DNA of 44,989 bases from a virus (Duplodnaviria; Caudoviricetes), in IMG/VR virus record IMGVR_UViG_3300017540_000270, positions 1 through 44,989 of that record; one strand, given 5' to 3'. Below, piece after piece: positions 1-8,138 of the stretch. Under the pieces are notes generated by a model. The model was not told where the DNA came from. It did not search any database and saw only the letters and a program-made list of their open reading frames with translations. How positions within the stretch are numbered: position 1 is the first letter of the stretch; each line of letters begins with the position of its first letter. Both the position numbers and the translations under genes were made by a program.

Positions 1-225
1 TCACGCTCTCGCCTCCACTACGCGCTGCATGAACGCGATGCGCTCGCGCGGGATGTAGGTCTCGCCACCGAGCGGGATGCTGCCCTCGGAGTCCCGCGGC
101 GCGTAGGTCGCCTGGACCAGCACGACGGCTGCCTTCTCGGACGAGTGGAGCAGCCCGTCGAACGTGGCACCGTCGACGGTGTGGACCAGGATGCGCCGCA
201 GGTAGTGCTCTCGGGTCCAGCGCAT
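1..225 (-). CDS. Sm/LSm-like fold small phage protein (family usually found between terL and portal)
   Basis: RRILVHTVDGATFDGLL...VVL...GETYIPRERIAFMQ fits the Sm1/Sm2 pattern; ATG at 225 overlaps the upstream stop (TGATG). Confidence 0.6.
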   Translation of the reverse strand: MRWTREHYLRRILVHTVDGATFDGLLHSSEKAAVVLVQATYAPRDSEGSIPLGGETYIPRERIAFMQRVVEARA

Positions 226-686
226 CAGGCGGGGAGCTCCAGCGGGAGCTTCCACACCGGGACCTGGCGGACGCCGCGCCGCGGAGTCCCGATCGGGATG
301 CTGACCAGCTCGCCGACGCGGTTCACGTAGTCGAGGAAGGGCACGCGCATGCCGGTGAACAGGTTCGTGACCGGCTTGAAGCGGTCACGCACGTAGATGG
401 CGTCGTCCGTCCGCCACACGCCTGCCGAGTCTCCGCTGTCCACCGCGGCCTGGATGATGCTGCGCACGCGGGCGGTCAGGACCTCGCGCACCTCACCACC
501 GAAGGCGATCTCGCCCATCGGGACGCCCAGGACCTCGGACAGGGCCTGCAGGTGGTTGGCGCGTGGCACGTGGTGACCGTTCTCCCAACCGGAGAGCGTG
601 ACCTGCGTGGTGCCGATGCGGTCGGCCAGCTCCTGCTGGCTCAGGCCCGCCTCCTTGCGGAGCTCGCTGATCAGTCGTCTCGTCAT
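225..686 (-). CDS. XRE-family HTH transcriptional regulator
   Basis: ISELRKEAGLSQQELADRIGTTQVTLSGWENGHHVP is a classic HTH_3 motif; ATG at 686 lies just downstream of a motif copy. Confidence 0.9.
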   Translation of the reverse strand: MTRRLISELRKEAGLSQQELADRIGTTQVTLSGWENGHHVPRANHLQALSEVLGVPMGEIAFGGEVREVLTARVRSIIQAAVDSGDSAGVWRTDDAIYVRDRFKPVTNLFTGMRVPFLDYVNRVGELVSIPIGTPRRGVRQVPVWKLPLELPA

Positions 687-689
687 GAG

Positions 690-709
690 CGTCACACTGT
701 ATCACGACG
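690..709 (-). promoter_or_regulatory. Conserved promoter/operator motif copy
   Basis: Minus strand CGTCGT-GATACAGT-GTGACG; TACAGT is 9 nt before the ATG. Confidence 0.65.
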
Positions 710-1144
710 CGGTTATAACTTCGCTTCGCATGCACCGAGCGCCCAATCCCCCAGCTACTAGCTGCCAGCGGACGGGAATCCCAAGGAAATCTTGTGTTCG
801 TACTTATCTTCCTTCCTAGAGATAGAGGTCTGCTGGCTATAGAGACTCCTCCTCTCTCCTCTTCTGCATTCCAGGTCCAGTTATAAAGCGCTCGGGCCGC
901 CATTCCTTCATATCGGCCCCGCTCTGGCGCATGATATTGTCGCAATACGAGCCGATGCGAAGTACCTGCAGCTGCGCATCAGTGCGAAGGTTCCCCCGCT
1001 AAAGCCCCAGGTCAGGCGGGGTGGAGCCACGAAGGTGGAAAAACCTTCAATGTAGGAGATTGCGGGCGCAGGGGCGCGGGGCTGGCGAAAAATTTTCTTC
1101 AAAAAACTGTGGGCATGGGGGCCCCCGTCTGATAATTTCTTCAT
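710..1144. other. AT-rich divergent intergenic region (candidate ori/cos/control region)
   Basis: Visibly lower GC, polypyrimidine tract, GAAGGT-N6-ACCTTC (1031-1048), GAAAAATTTTC (1087-1097), GGGGGCCCCC (1117-1126). Confidence 0.45.
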
Positions 1145-1381
1145 ATGAACGAAACGACCCCGCCCACCCGGTACACGTACACTCGAGGCCCGTTCGTCGA
1201 CGTCTTCGATGTCGACCCGTCGTACGCCGATTACATCGCGGAGATGGACGACGAGAAGCGCCAGGAGACCCTGGACATGGCCGCACGTGGGATGGGTTGC
1301 GCGTGGTGGGTGACCCATACGCAGATCAACCCGGACGGTACGGAAGTCCGCCGCGACCACCATTGCAACGCCTGCCGTTGA
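1145..1381 (+). CDS. Hypothetical protein
   Basis: Phage-like GC3 codon usage; first gene of the plus-strand operon. Confidence 0.7.
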   Translation: MNETTPPTRYTYTRGPFVDVFDVDPSYADYIAEMDDEKRQETLDMAARGMGCAWWVTHTQINPDGTEVRRDHHCNACR

Positions 1382-1382
1382 C

Positions 1383-1402
1383 CGTCATAGTACGTCCATA
1401 CG
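1383..1402 (+). promoter_or_regulatory. Degenerate motif copy
   Basis: CGTCAT-AGTACGTC-CATACG, intergenic. Confidence 0.45.
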
Positions 1403-1431
1403 AAGGAGCGAACAGGTTGGAGACCACCACC

Positions 1432-1590
1432 ATGAAGACATGCGCCCGCGTCCGGGCCGAGGAGTACCGCGCCAAGGTGCGCGCCAGCGGTGACCGTGCG
1501 GAGCTCGCCGCCATCGATGGAATGCCCGACGAGTTCGTGGCAGCAATCGCAGATGGTGACTTCGCCCGAGCAACGGCGGCGATTTCATGA
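1432..1590 (+). CDS. Hypothetical protein (52 aa)
   Basis: GGAG RBS then ATG AAG ACA; 3' part of ORF 1021..1590. Confidence 0.6.
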   Translation: MKTCARVRAEEYRAKVRASGDRAELAAIDGMPDEFVAAIADGDFARATAAIS

Positions 1591-1622
1591 TCGACGAAGT
1601 TCGCCACGCCGCATGAACGGTC

Positions 1623-1666
1623 GCCCGGGATGGTCGCACGAGGGTTCGACTCCCTCGCCGGGCACT
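1623..1666 (+). ncRNA. tRNA-like minihelix (acceptor-like stem plus T-arm, no anticodon arm)
   Basis: GCCCGG pairs with CCGGGC; CGAGGG-TTCGACT-CCCTCG T-arm; 10-nt linker containing TGG. Confidence 0.55.
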
Positions 1667-1720
1667 GGGGAACCCTTCCCCTAAGGTGTACCATTACACT
1701 CAGACGAAAGGACCACCACA

Positions 1721-1951
1721 GTGATGCCCTACCGCTTCGAGCGCAAGTCCACCGAGGACCTGCGGGAGCTCACGATCACCACGGCGACCGACCAGTTCGG
1801 TCTCGGCTGGTCGTTCATCTCCACCGCTGACGGTGAGGACCGGATCATCACCCCGCAGGGTGACGTCATCGACGCGTCCGGCTGGGCGCCCGCCCTCGAC
1901 GGTCCGGCCGCCGAGTTCCTGCAGGCCGTCGTCGACTGGAGCAACGAATGA
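1721..1951 (+). CDS. Hypothetical protein
   Basis: AAAGGA RBS; ATGA overlap with the next gene. Confidence 0.75.
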   Translation: MMPYRFERKSTEDLRELTITTATDQFGLGWSFISTADGEDRIITPQGDVIDASGWAPALDGPAAEFLQAVVDWSNE

Positions 1952-2220
1952 AGACCATCGAGTACCTGATCATCGAGAAGATCGCACACGAGGTGAGCGA
2001 CTACGTCACCTACCACGGCGACGGCTGGAGCATCTACGACGGCCCGAGCCAGACCAGCCGCGTGTGGTCCCTGTCGGAGTGCGACGGCGTGATCGAGCTC
2101 CAGTACTACGGCGACGAGCCGGAAGTGCAGTGGTCGCTCACCCTCGAGGCGGCGATGCCGGCCTCGGTCACTGCCGACGTCATCCACGCCGCCATCAACG
2201 CCCAGGAGGCAATCCGGTGA
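1948..2220 (+). CDS. Hypothetical protein
   Basis: Overlap-coupled at both ends; good codon usage. Confidence 0.75.
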   Translation: MKTIEYLIIEKIAHEVSDYVTYHGDGWSIYDGPSQTSRVWSLSECDGVIELQYYGDEPEVQWSLTLEAAMPASVTADVIHAAINAQEAIR

Positions 2221-2480
2221 GCGACTACAGCAGCAGCCATCCCGGCGATCGCGCCGAGGATCACGAGTTCGAGCTGGAGCTCGACCCGGAGACGTTCGTC
2301 CGGATCAGCAAGGTTGGCGGCGGAACCGTCGGCCGCGAGTACAGCGGGTACTGGCACTACACGATCGTGATGGCCGGCGCCGTCAGCGATCGCGGCTCGA
2401 ACCTCTACACCGGCAGCCCGCATACGCACGAGGCAGCTGCCTTCCTGATCTGGGAGCTTGGCCCCGCGTTTGAGGCATAG
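2217..2480 (+). CDS. Hypothetical actinophage protein
   Basis: GTGA overlap, GGAGG RBS; ISKVGGGTVGREYSGYWHY. Confidence 0.7.
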   Translation: MSDYSSSHPGDRAEDHEFELELDPETFVRISKVGGGTVGREYSGYWHYTIVMAGAVSDRGSNLYTGSPHTHEAAAFLIWELGPAFEA

Positions 2481-2516
2481 CTCCTTCGCCCACCATCACT
2501 TCTTCGCTGTTTGCTT

Positions 2517-2536
2517 CGTCATGGAACAGTGAGACG
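2517..2536 (+). promoter_or_regulatory. Conserved promoter/operator motif copy
   Basis: CGTCAT-GGAACAGT-GAGACG, intergenic, upstream of 2572. Confidence 0.65.
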
Positions 2537-2571
2537 ATCCTTCTAGACCACCACCAAGGAGAGACCACCCA

Positions 2572-3060
2572 ATGAAGAGCAAGGACATCATCCCAGGCCG
2601 GCTGTATGCCATCGGCTCCCGCGATTACGCCATCGAGCGAGGCATCGTCCTCGAGGTTGGCAACTGGTTCAACAGCGGCCACAAGTGGAACCGCCGGCCG
2701 CATCGCCTCGTCGGCGAGAAGGGGATCGCTGTGGCGCTGTACAGCCACTCCCTCGACCGGTGGATTCCGACCGTCGTCCGTCCGCAGGACGTCAGAGCGG
2801 AGTGGGACGCCTTCGAGGCGGCCCGCAAGCGGCAGCAGGAGAAGGCCCGCCAGGACGCCGCCTCCCAGGCACTCGCCGACGAGCAGCGCCGACTCCGCGT
2901 CGAGCGGGTCAGCGAGCTCCTGGGCCGCGCTCTCGGCCGGCAGCTCCACATCTACGGCTCCTCGGCCTACGACATCCGGGGCATCCACCTCGACGACCTG
3001 GAGCGGCTGATCGACCTGATCCCGTCCGAGCACTTCGAGATCAAGGAGGAGTCCGCCTGA
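2572..3060 (+). CDS. Hypothetical protein
   Basis: AAGGAG RBS; 162 aa with a central coiled coil. Confidence 0.8.
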   Translation: MKSKDIIPGRLYAIGSRDYAIERGIVLEVGNWFNSGHKWNRRPHRLVGEKGIAVALYSHSLDRWIPTVVRPQDVRAEWDAFEAARKRQQEKARQDAASQALADEQRRLRVERVSELLGRALGRQLHIYGSSAYDIRGIHLDDLERLIDLIPSEHFEIKEESA

Positions 3061-3341
3061 TGGCACGCACCACCCACAAGCAGGTCGTGGCTGTCTTCAC
3101 CCAGTTGATGAACGCGCTCGACACGACCGACTACGCGCTCGACTTCTACGGTCTGGGCGGCGGCTACATGGTGATTGGCCGGCACGACGGAGCTCACCCG
3201 GGACACACGCCCTTCGGGAGCCGGCGCAGGAGCGCTCGCGAGATGGTCGACGTCATGTGGTTCGCGATCTACACGCTCGAGCTGCAGGACCGGCTTCAGA
3301 CCGAGCGGGTCGACGAGGCGCTGAAGCGGACGGAGGGCTGA
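3060..3341 (+). CDS. Hypothetical protein
   Basis: TGATG coupling, GGAGG RBS; starts MARTTHKQ. Confidence 0.75.
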   Translation: MARTTHKQVVAVFTQLMNALDTTDYALDFYGLGGGYMVIGRHDGAHPGHTPFGSRRRSAREMVDVMWFAIYTLELQDRLQTERVDEALKRTEG

Positions 3342-3652
3342 TGGGCATCCGCGTGCAATCCGTCCTCGACGAGGCGCTGCGCAACGCTGCCCGCCAGCAG
3401 CTGAGCGGCGGTCGGCGCCCGCGCCAGGCGCGCACGAGCCTGGTTCCGCCGCCTCCGCCTCGCATCAAGTACGTCAAGCGGAGGTGGTGGCACCGGTTCT
3501 TCCGGCGCTACGACATCACCTGGCAGCCGGAGCCACCCCTCCCCCGCCACCTCGAAGGCCGAGCGGAGCAGCTGCGCCGGGAGGCCGAGGAGGCACGTCG
3601 CAACCGGCCGCACTGGCGCGACACGCTCCGCAGCGGCGACGAGCCTTTCTGA
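3341..3652 (+). CDS. Hypothetical basic protein
   Basis: TGATG coupling, GGAGG RBS; starts MGIRVQ. Confidence 0.65.
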   Translation: MGIRVQSVLDEALRNAARQQLSGGRRPRQARTSLVPPPPPRIKYVKRRWWHRFFRRYDITWQPEPPLPRHLEGRAEQLRREAEEARRNRPHWRDTLRSGDEPF

Positions 3653-3728
3653 GCTTCAGGGGGCTCCCAAGAACTGCTTCACGCAGTACAAGTACAGACA
3701 GACACCAACGACCGAGGAGGTCACCACA

Positions 3729-4118
3729 GTGAGCGAGACCAAGAAGAAGCCGGCCGGCACGGGCGGCAAGAAGGGCCAGGAGATCATCCGGCTCGTCACG
3801 GAGGCCGGTGAGGCTGGCATCACGCGAGCGGCGATCGCCGAGCAGGTCGGCTGCACCGTCCAGCGCGTGGGCGAGGTGTTCCGCGCGCACGGCGGGATCA
3901 GCAAGGTCGACGCGACCCGGTACGCGCTGACCGGCGAGAGCAAGGCCGCCGAGCGGGCCAAGGCCAACGAGGCCGCGGCCGCGAGCAAGCGGAAGGTGAA
4001 CCCGGAGCTCGAGAACTACAAGCTCGTCATGGCCTCGAACGGTGCCGAGGGCGACTTCGACGCTGCCGCCGCCTACGCCAAGCGGACCAAGAAGAAGGCG
4101 CCCAAGCGCGCCGCCTGA
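3729..4118 (+). CDS. Winged-HTH DNA-binding protein with basic tails
   Basis: GITRAAIAEQVGCTVQRVGEV HTH; GAGGAGG RBS. Confidence 0.7.
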   Translation: MSETKKKPAGTGGKKGQEIIRLVTEAGEAGITRAAIAEQVGCTVQRVGEVFRAHGGISKVDATRYALTGESKAAERAKANEAAAASKRKVNPELENYKLVMASNGAEGDFDAAAAYAKRTKKKAPKRAA

Positions 4119-4131
4119 GACGGAGGACTCA

Positions 4132-4470
4132 ATGACCACCACGACCACCGCTCCCCTGCCTCCCACGGCGCAGCAGCTCGGCTTCCTGAAGGGCCTCAAG
4201 GAGCGGCGCCGCCGCAGCCTCGAGCACCCGGCCTCGGAGCGCGAGGTCGTCGAGCTGGCGATCCTGCTCACGATGATGCCTGAGCCTGACTCGAAGGGCT
4301 GGGCGTCCTGGCAGATCGACGCGCTCAAGACGGAGGGCGGGCTCATCACCTACGCGGGCGCAGCTCGCCGCCGCCCGGAGTATACCGCGCTCCTGCGCCG
4401 GCTCGTCGAGGCCGGCATGACCGAGGCGCCCTTCCCGACCGCTCAGCAGGTGGAGGACCTGCTCACATGA
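4132..4470 (+). CDS. Hypothetical protein
   Basis: GGAGG RBS; PPTAQQLGFL...SKGWASWQIDAL. Confidence 0.7.
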   Translation: MTTTTTAPLPPTAQQLGFLKGLKERRRRSLEHPASEREVVELAILLTMMPEPDSKGWASWQIDALKTEGGLITYAGAARRRPEYTALLRRLVEAGMTEAPFPTAQQVEDLLT

Positions 4471-4637
4471 ACACGACCACCATGAAGCTCGCTCCCTGGC
4501 AGCGCGATCCCGGCATCATCCTGTTCGCCCCGGAGCCGTTCGAGCAGACGGACCGCATGCTCAGCCTCGACCGCAAGGTCTGGCGGGAGCTCGGATCGCC
4601 CAACGAGCTGCTCGTCACGATCGAGGTCGCGCCGTGA
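4467..4637 (+). CDS. Hypothetical protein (56 aa, below ORF-track cutoff)
   Basis: ATGA overlap, GGAGG RBS; MNTTTMKLAPWQRDPG...TIEVAP. Confidence 0.6.
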   Translation: MNTTTMKLAPWQRDPGIILFAPEPFEQTDRMLSLDRKVWRELGSPNELLVTIEVAP

Positions 4638-4696
4638 GCGACCCCATCATCAACCGCATCCAGGCGCTCCTCGCGAAGGTGGAGCTGGGCAGCTGA
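4634..4696 (+). pseudogene. 20-aa remnant resembling a DUF2786 N-terminus
   Basis: MSDPIINRIQALLAKVELGS; GTGA and TGATG overlaps at its two ends. Confidence 0.4.
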
Positions 4697-5181
4697 TGGT
4701 CAAGGTCTCCGCTCCCCCGTCGAGCGCCGACCCGTTCACGCGCGTCGACGAGCACAACGGCCTTGCGAAGGGCGACCTGATCCGCGTCCGCGACGAGGAT
4801 GGTGTCTTCAAGGTCACGAGCATCGTCGTCGGCGACGACGGCGCGCCCCTGTGGGTCGATGCGTTCGGTGGCGTCGGCTACCCCGGCAAGGAGGCGTACG
4901 CAGGCTGGCGCTCGTTCTCGCTCGACCGCATCCTCCTCGACAGCAGCGGCCAGGCGCAGACGGTCGAGTCAGGCCGCCGTGACTCCGGCCTGCTCGTCGA
5001 GCTGGAGCACGAGCTGGCCCGCAACGGGACCGCCAGCCGGCCAGCGCCGGACGATCCCAAGGCCGAGAAGTCCCTGCGCGAGCGGTTCTACACTGCTGCC
5101 CGACGCATGGGCGTGAAGGTCCGCGTGCGGAACGTTGACGGGATGATCGTGGCGAAGCTCAAGGACGAGAGCGTCAGTTGA
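4696..5181 (+). CDS. Hypothetical protein with an SH3-like N-terminal domain
   Basis: KGDLIRVRDEDGVFKV...WVDAFGG...WRSFSLDRI. Confidence 0.7.
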   Translation: MVKVSAPPSSADPFTRVDEHNGLAKGDLIRVRDEDGVFKVTSIVVGDDGAPLWVDAFGGVGYPGKEAYAGWRSFSLDRILLDSSGQAQTVESGRRDSGLLVELEHELARNGTASRPAPDDPKAEKSLRERFYTAARRMGVKVRVRNVDGMIVAKLKDESVS

Positions 5182-5470
5182 GCGGTCGTCGCTGACCGAG
5201 CCGGGCCTCCCAGAACGCTACGTGGATCGTGCGCAGCGTCTCTAGCAGCTCGCGGGACTCCACCCGCATGATCGGCTGCAAGCGCGAGAGGGACCGACGA
5301 GCCAGGCCCTCCCGGTCCTCGGCGTCGATCAGCTGCGAGCATTCGTCACACGCGGCCCACGCGCCCTTCGACGCCTGTCGCACCGGAAGCTCAAAGACCA
5401 CGATGTCGCGCGCCGGGTAGGACCAGCACGCGGGCTCCGAGCAGAAGTCGCACTTGAGGTCGTCCGTCAT
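5174..5470 (-). CDS. Small zinc-finger protein
   Basis: CDFC...WAACDEC. Confidence 0.7.
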   Translation of the reverse strand: MTDDLKCDFCSEPACWSYPARDIVVFELPVRQASKGAWAACDECSQLIDAEDREGLARRSLSRLQPIMRVESRELLETLRTIHVAFWEARLGQRRPLN

Positions 5471-5485
5471 AGAACACGCGTTCTA
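5470..5485. promoter_or_regulatory. Putative LexA (SOS) box
   Basis: TAGAAC-ACGC-GTTCTA matches GAAC-N4-GTTC and overlaps the start codon at 5470. Confidence 0.55.
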
Positions 5486-5490
5486 CCGGG

Positions 5491-6966
5491 CTAGATCGCG
5501 TAGGCAAAGTCCTCCTGGTCGTTGCCTTCGTCGCCGAACTCGTCTTGCACGGCCATCGCCGCGGCGACCACGCAGTCGTTGCGCCCGGACTTCGACTTGC
5601 TGATGCGGATGCCGCGGTCGGTCTGGCGGATGCCGGTCGAGGCCAGCTGCTCGTCGTAGTCCGCATCGAACCAGCGGTGACGCTCGGACAGGATCAGCCG
5701 CTGGAACGTCTCCGTGGCCGCGGTCATGCGCTCGGGCGACTGCGGGAACGGCTCGCACTCGAAGCCGGCCTCAGTGAGCTGCTGCGCGAACAGGGTCATG
5801 TACGCGGGGTCGTAGAGGACCTTCTTCACCTTGTACATGCCGGCGAGGCCGTGAAGGAACAGGCGCACGTCTTCGAGGTCGATGTACTCGCCCTCCTCCT
5901 CGGGCGTGAACGCTCGCACGCGGACGAGCGCGACGTCGGCTGGCACGGACAGCCCGCTCTCGCCCTCGACCCACGCCTGCTGTCGCGCGACCCAGGCGAC
6001 GCCGAACGTGTCGCGCTTGAGCGCAGCGTCGAGCGCCACGGTGATCTCAGCTCCGGGCGCGATGTCGAACTTGCCATAGCCGGCCTTCCACTTCGACTGC
6101 GGGATGAAGCGCTCCAGCGCGTTCGTCCACTCGTTGCGGTGCAGGCGGCGGAAGGTGTACTCGGACAGCCGGCCCGACTCGACCTTCTTGATCTGCGCGC
6201 GGAGGTAGTCGCGCTGCACGATCGTGTCGAGGCCGGGGTTGGCCTGTTCCCAGCTGCGCTCGTCGTCGATCTCGAGGTCGGAGTCCGCCTCGTACCAGAC
6301 ACCCAGGAAGTTCGGATCGTTGATCGTGCCGGTCTGGACGGCCTGCGCATGCTTGTACTCGTTGAAGCAGACGCCGCGGCGCTGAGGGCCGGCTGTGGTG
6401 AGCATGATGAACAGCGGCTCCTCGCGCGCGGCCTGCGCGGTGTCGAGCGCGTCCGTGAGGTCCGTCTTGTCGCCCTGCGCGTGATACTCGTCGAACAGCA
6501 CGATGGACGGGTTGAGGCCGTGCTCCTTCTCGCCGTCCGCGGAGACGATCTTCCACACGGTGTCGAGCTCAGGCAGGTAGAGGCCGTCGCGCCGCACGGT
6601 GATGAACTTCTCCAGCGGCTGGCCGTTGATCTTCGACCACCAGACCATGCGCTTCGCGGCCTCGAGGATGAGGCGCGCCTGGTCCCGCTTGGCCGCGGCA
6701 GCGACGATCTCGCCGCCTCGCTCCCGCTCGCAGATCATGAGCGCGATGGCGAGCGCGGCGATCAGCTCGGTCTTGCCGTTCTTGCGCGCGATGCCGTACA
6801 GCGCGCGAGTGACCTTGCGCCGGCCGGCTCGGTTCTTGGCCAGCAGCTGGCGGACGAAGTCCTCCTGGAAGTCGAACAGGCGGAAGGGCGTGCCCGCATA
6901 CTTGCCCTTGGTGTGGACGAGCTGCCGGATGACCCACAGCACCTCGTCGGCATCGCTGGCGGGCAC
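5491..6966 (-). CDS. terL: Terminase large subunit
   Basis: ARKNGKT Walker A, VLFDEYH Walker B, LTTAG, QANPGL, C-terminal nuclease aspartates. Confidence 0.97.
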   Translation of the reverse strand: MPASDADEVLWVIRQLVHTKGKYAGTPFRLFDFQEDFVRQLLAKNRAGRRKVTRALYGIARKNGKTELIAALAIALMICERERGGEIVAAAAKRDQARLILEAAKRMVWWSKINGQPLEKFITVRRDGLYLPELDTVWKIVSADGEKEHGLNPSIVLFDEYHAQGDKTDLTDALDTAQAAREEPLFIMLTTAGPQRRGVCFNEYKHAQAVQTGTINDPNFLGVWYEADSDLEIDDERSWEQANPGLDTIVQRDYLRAQIKKVESGRLSEYTFRRLHRNEWTNALERFIPQSKWKAGYGKFDIAPGAEITVALDAALKRDTFGVAWVARQQAWVEGESGLSVPADVALVRVRAFTPEEEGEYIDLEDVRLFLHGLAGMYKVKKVLYDPAYMTLFAQQLTEAGFECEPFPQSPERMTAATETFQRLILSERHRWFDADYDEQLASTGIRQTDRGIRISKSKSGRNDCVVAAAMAVQDEFGDEGNDQEDFAYAI

Positions 6967-6969
6967 GGG

Positions 6970-7188
6970 CTACGTGAACCTCCGGGTGAAGAAGTGGTCG
7001 GTGAGGACTGCGACGACCACCGCCCACACGATGAGGCGGCGGCGTGGCGGCATGTCCCACATGTGCCGAGACCACGTGCGGACGCGCAGCTGCGGGTAGC
7101 GCCTGGACATGAGGCCCAGAAGCTCTTTGCCGCACACGAACGCGACCAGGAGCCGCAGCGCGGTCTGCTCACCATGCTCGGGGGTCAC
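6970..7188 (-). CDS. Small membrane protein
   Basis: Two hydrophobic segments; GTGA overlap with terS. Confidence 0.6.
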   Translation of the reverse strand: MTPEHGEQTALRLLVAFVCGKELLGLMSRRYPQLRVRTWSRHMWDMPPRRRLIVWAVVVAVLTDHFFTRRFT

Positions 7189-7655
7189 TCACCACTCCCT
7201 TCGTTGTGACGCGCAGCGAGCGCGTCGAGCAGGGTCGCCCCCTGCGCCTTCAGCAGGCCGAGCCGCACCTGGGCGACCGGCGAGATGCCGAGCTCCGAGG
7301 ACAGCGACTTGGCGGCGTCGAGCGCCGCACGCCACGACGCTCTGATCTTCTTCACGGTGTCCGGGTCGTTGAGGCCGTTCAGCTCCTGCCACAGGTCCGC
7401 CCGGAACCGGCGGGCCAGCGCCCACGCCTCGCACGCCTCGACCAGCATGACCACGTGCTCCTCGCGCAGCACCTGGTTGCGGATCAGCGCCGGGACCACG
7501 ATGTCCCAGACCTCCACTGCCTCGTCGGACATGTCCTCGGGCGGGTTGAGCTCAACGACCGCTCCCGGCGCGAGCACAGTCGCATCCGGGCGCGGCGAGT
7601 GGCTGGACGGCAGGCGGTCCGCCACGAGGTCGGGCTTGCGGCCAGGGACGCTCAC
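7185..7655 (-). CDS. terS: Terminase small subunit (P27 family)
   Basis: PPEDMSDEAVEVWDIVVP...ELGISPVAQVRL; GTG at 7655. Confidence 0.85.
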   Translation of the reverse strand: MSVPGRKPDLVADRLPSSHSPRPDATVLAPGAVVELNPPEDMSDEAVEVWDIVVPALIRNQVLREEHVVMLVEACEAWALARRFRADLWQELNGLNDPDTVKKIRASWRAALDAAKSLSSELGISPVAQVRLGLLKAQGATLLDALAARHNEGSGE

Positions 7656-7852
7656 AGAACGCCGAGCAGGACCTTGAGCGTCAGCCCGAAGATGAGCAGA
7701 GCGACGACCAGGAAGGCCGCGCACACAACGAGCGCGATCACGCCGCCGATCTGCTCCGCGATCTCGATGTGCCGCTGCACCTCGCGCGTATCGCGCACGA
7801 ACTGCTCGTGGTCGTCGTACTGGTCGAAGCGCATGTCAGGTTCTCCTTCCAT
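7652..7852 (-). CDS. Small membrane protein
   Basis: C-terminal hydrophobic helix; coupled to terS. Confidence 0.6.
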   Translation of the reverse strand: MEGEPDMRFDQYDDHEQFVRDTREVQRHIEIAEQIGGVIALVVCAAFLVVALLIFGLTLKVLLGVL

Positions 7853-8138
7853 AGCGGCGCGCAGCTCCTCGCGCGCCGTCTTCCTGGCCGTGGTGGCGAC
7901 GGCAGAGCGTCACGAGGTACTGCTCGTCGTACGGGTCCGCGTGCTCGCTCAGGTGCTGCACGGTCAGCGACTCAGTACCGCCGACGCGGTGGTCGCGAAC
8001 CTGACAGCGGACCCACTCGCACGCCCACGGGTCCCAGACTTGGCGTCGGCACTGGAAGCCGTCGCGCTCCAGCACTTGGAGCCGCACTGCCCGCCAGCGG
8101 CGAGAGTCGTAGACCTTGCGGAGCCGGTTGCTGGACAT
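7836..8138 (-). CDS. HNH endonuclease (packaging-associated type)
   Basis: YDSRRWRAVRLQVLERDGFQC...LTVQH...LVTLCRRHH. Confidence 0.85.
   Translation of the reverse strand: MSSNRLRKVYDSRRWRAVRLQVLERDGFQCRRQVWDPWACEWVRCQVRDHRVGGTESLTVQHLSEHADPYDEQYLVTLCRRHHGQEDGARGAARRYGRRT

Noticed and set aside
1623-1666. Functional tRNA gene or tRNA-derived att remnant
   Set aside because: No D or anticodon arm, and the integrase is a serine type targeting nucS; kept only as a tRNA-like element
5545-7209. Long plus-strand ORFs opposite real genes (also 11060-12385, 19532-21088, 20763-22337, 36190-37668, 41480-42868, 42844-44298)
   Set aside because: Antisense shadow ORFs expected from high GC3 bias; no recognisable motifs
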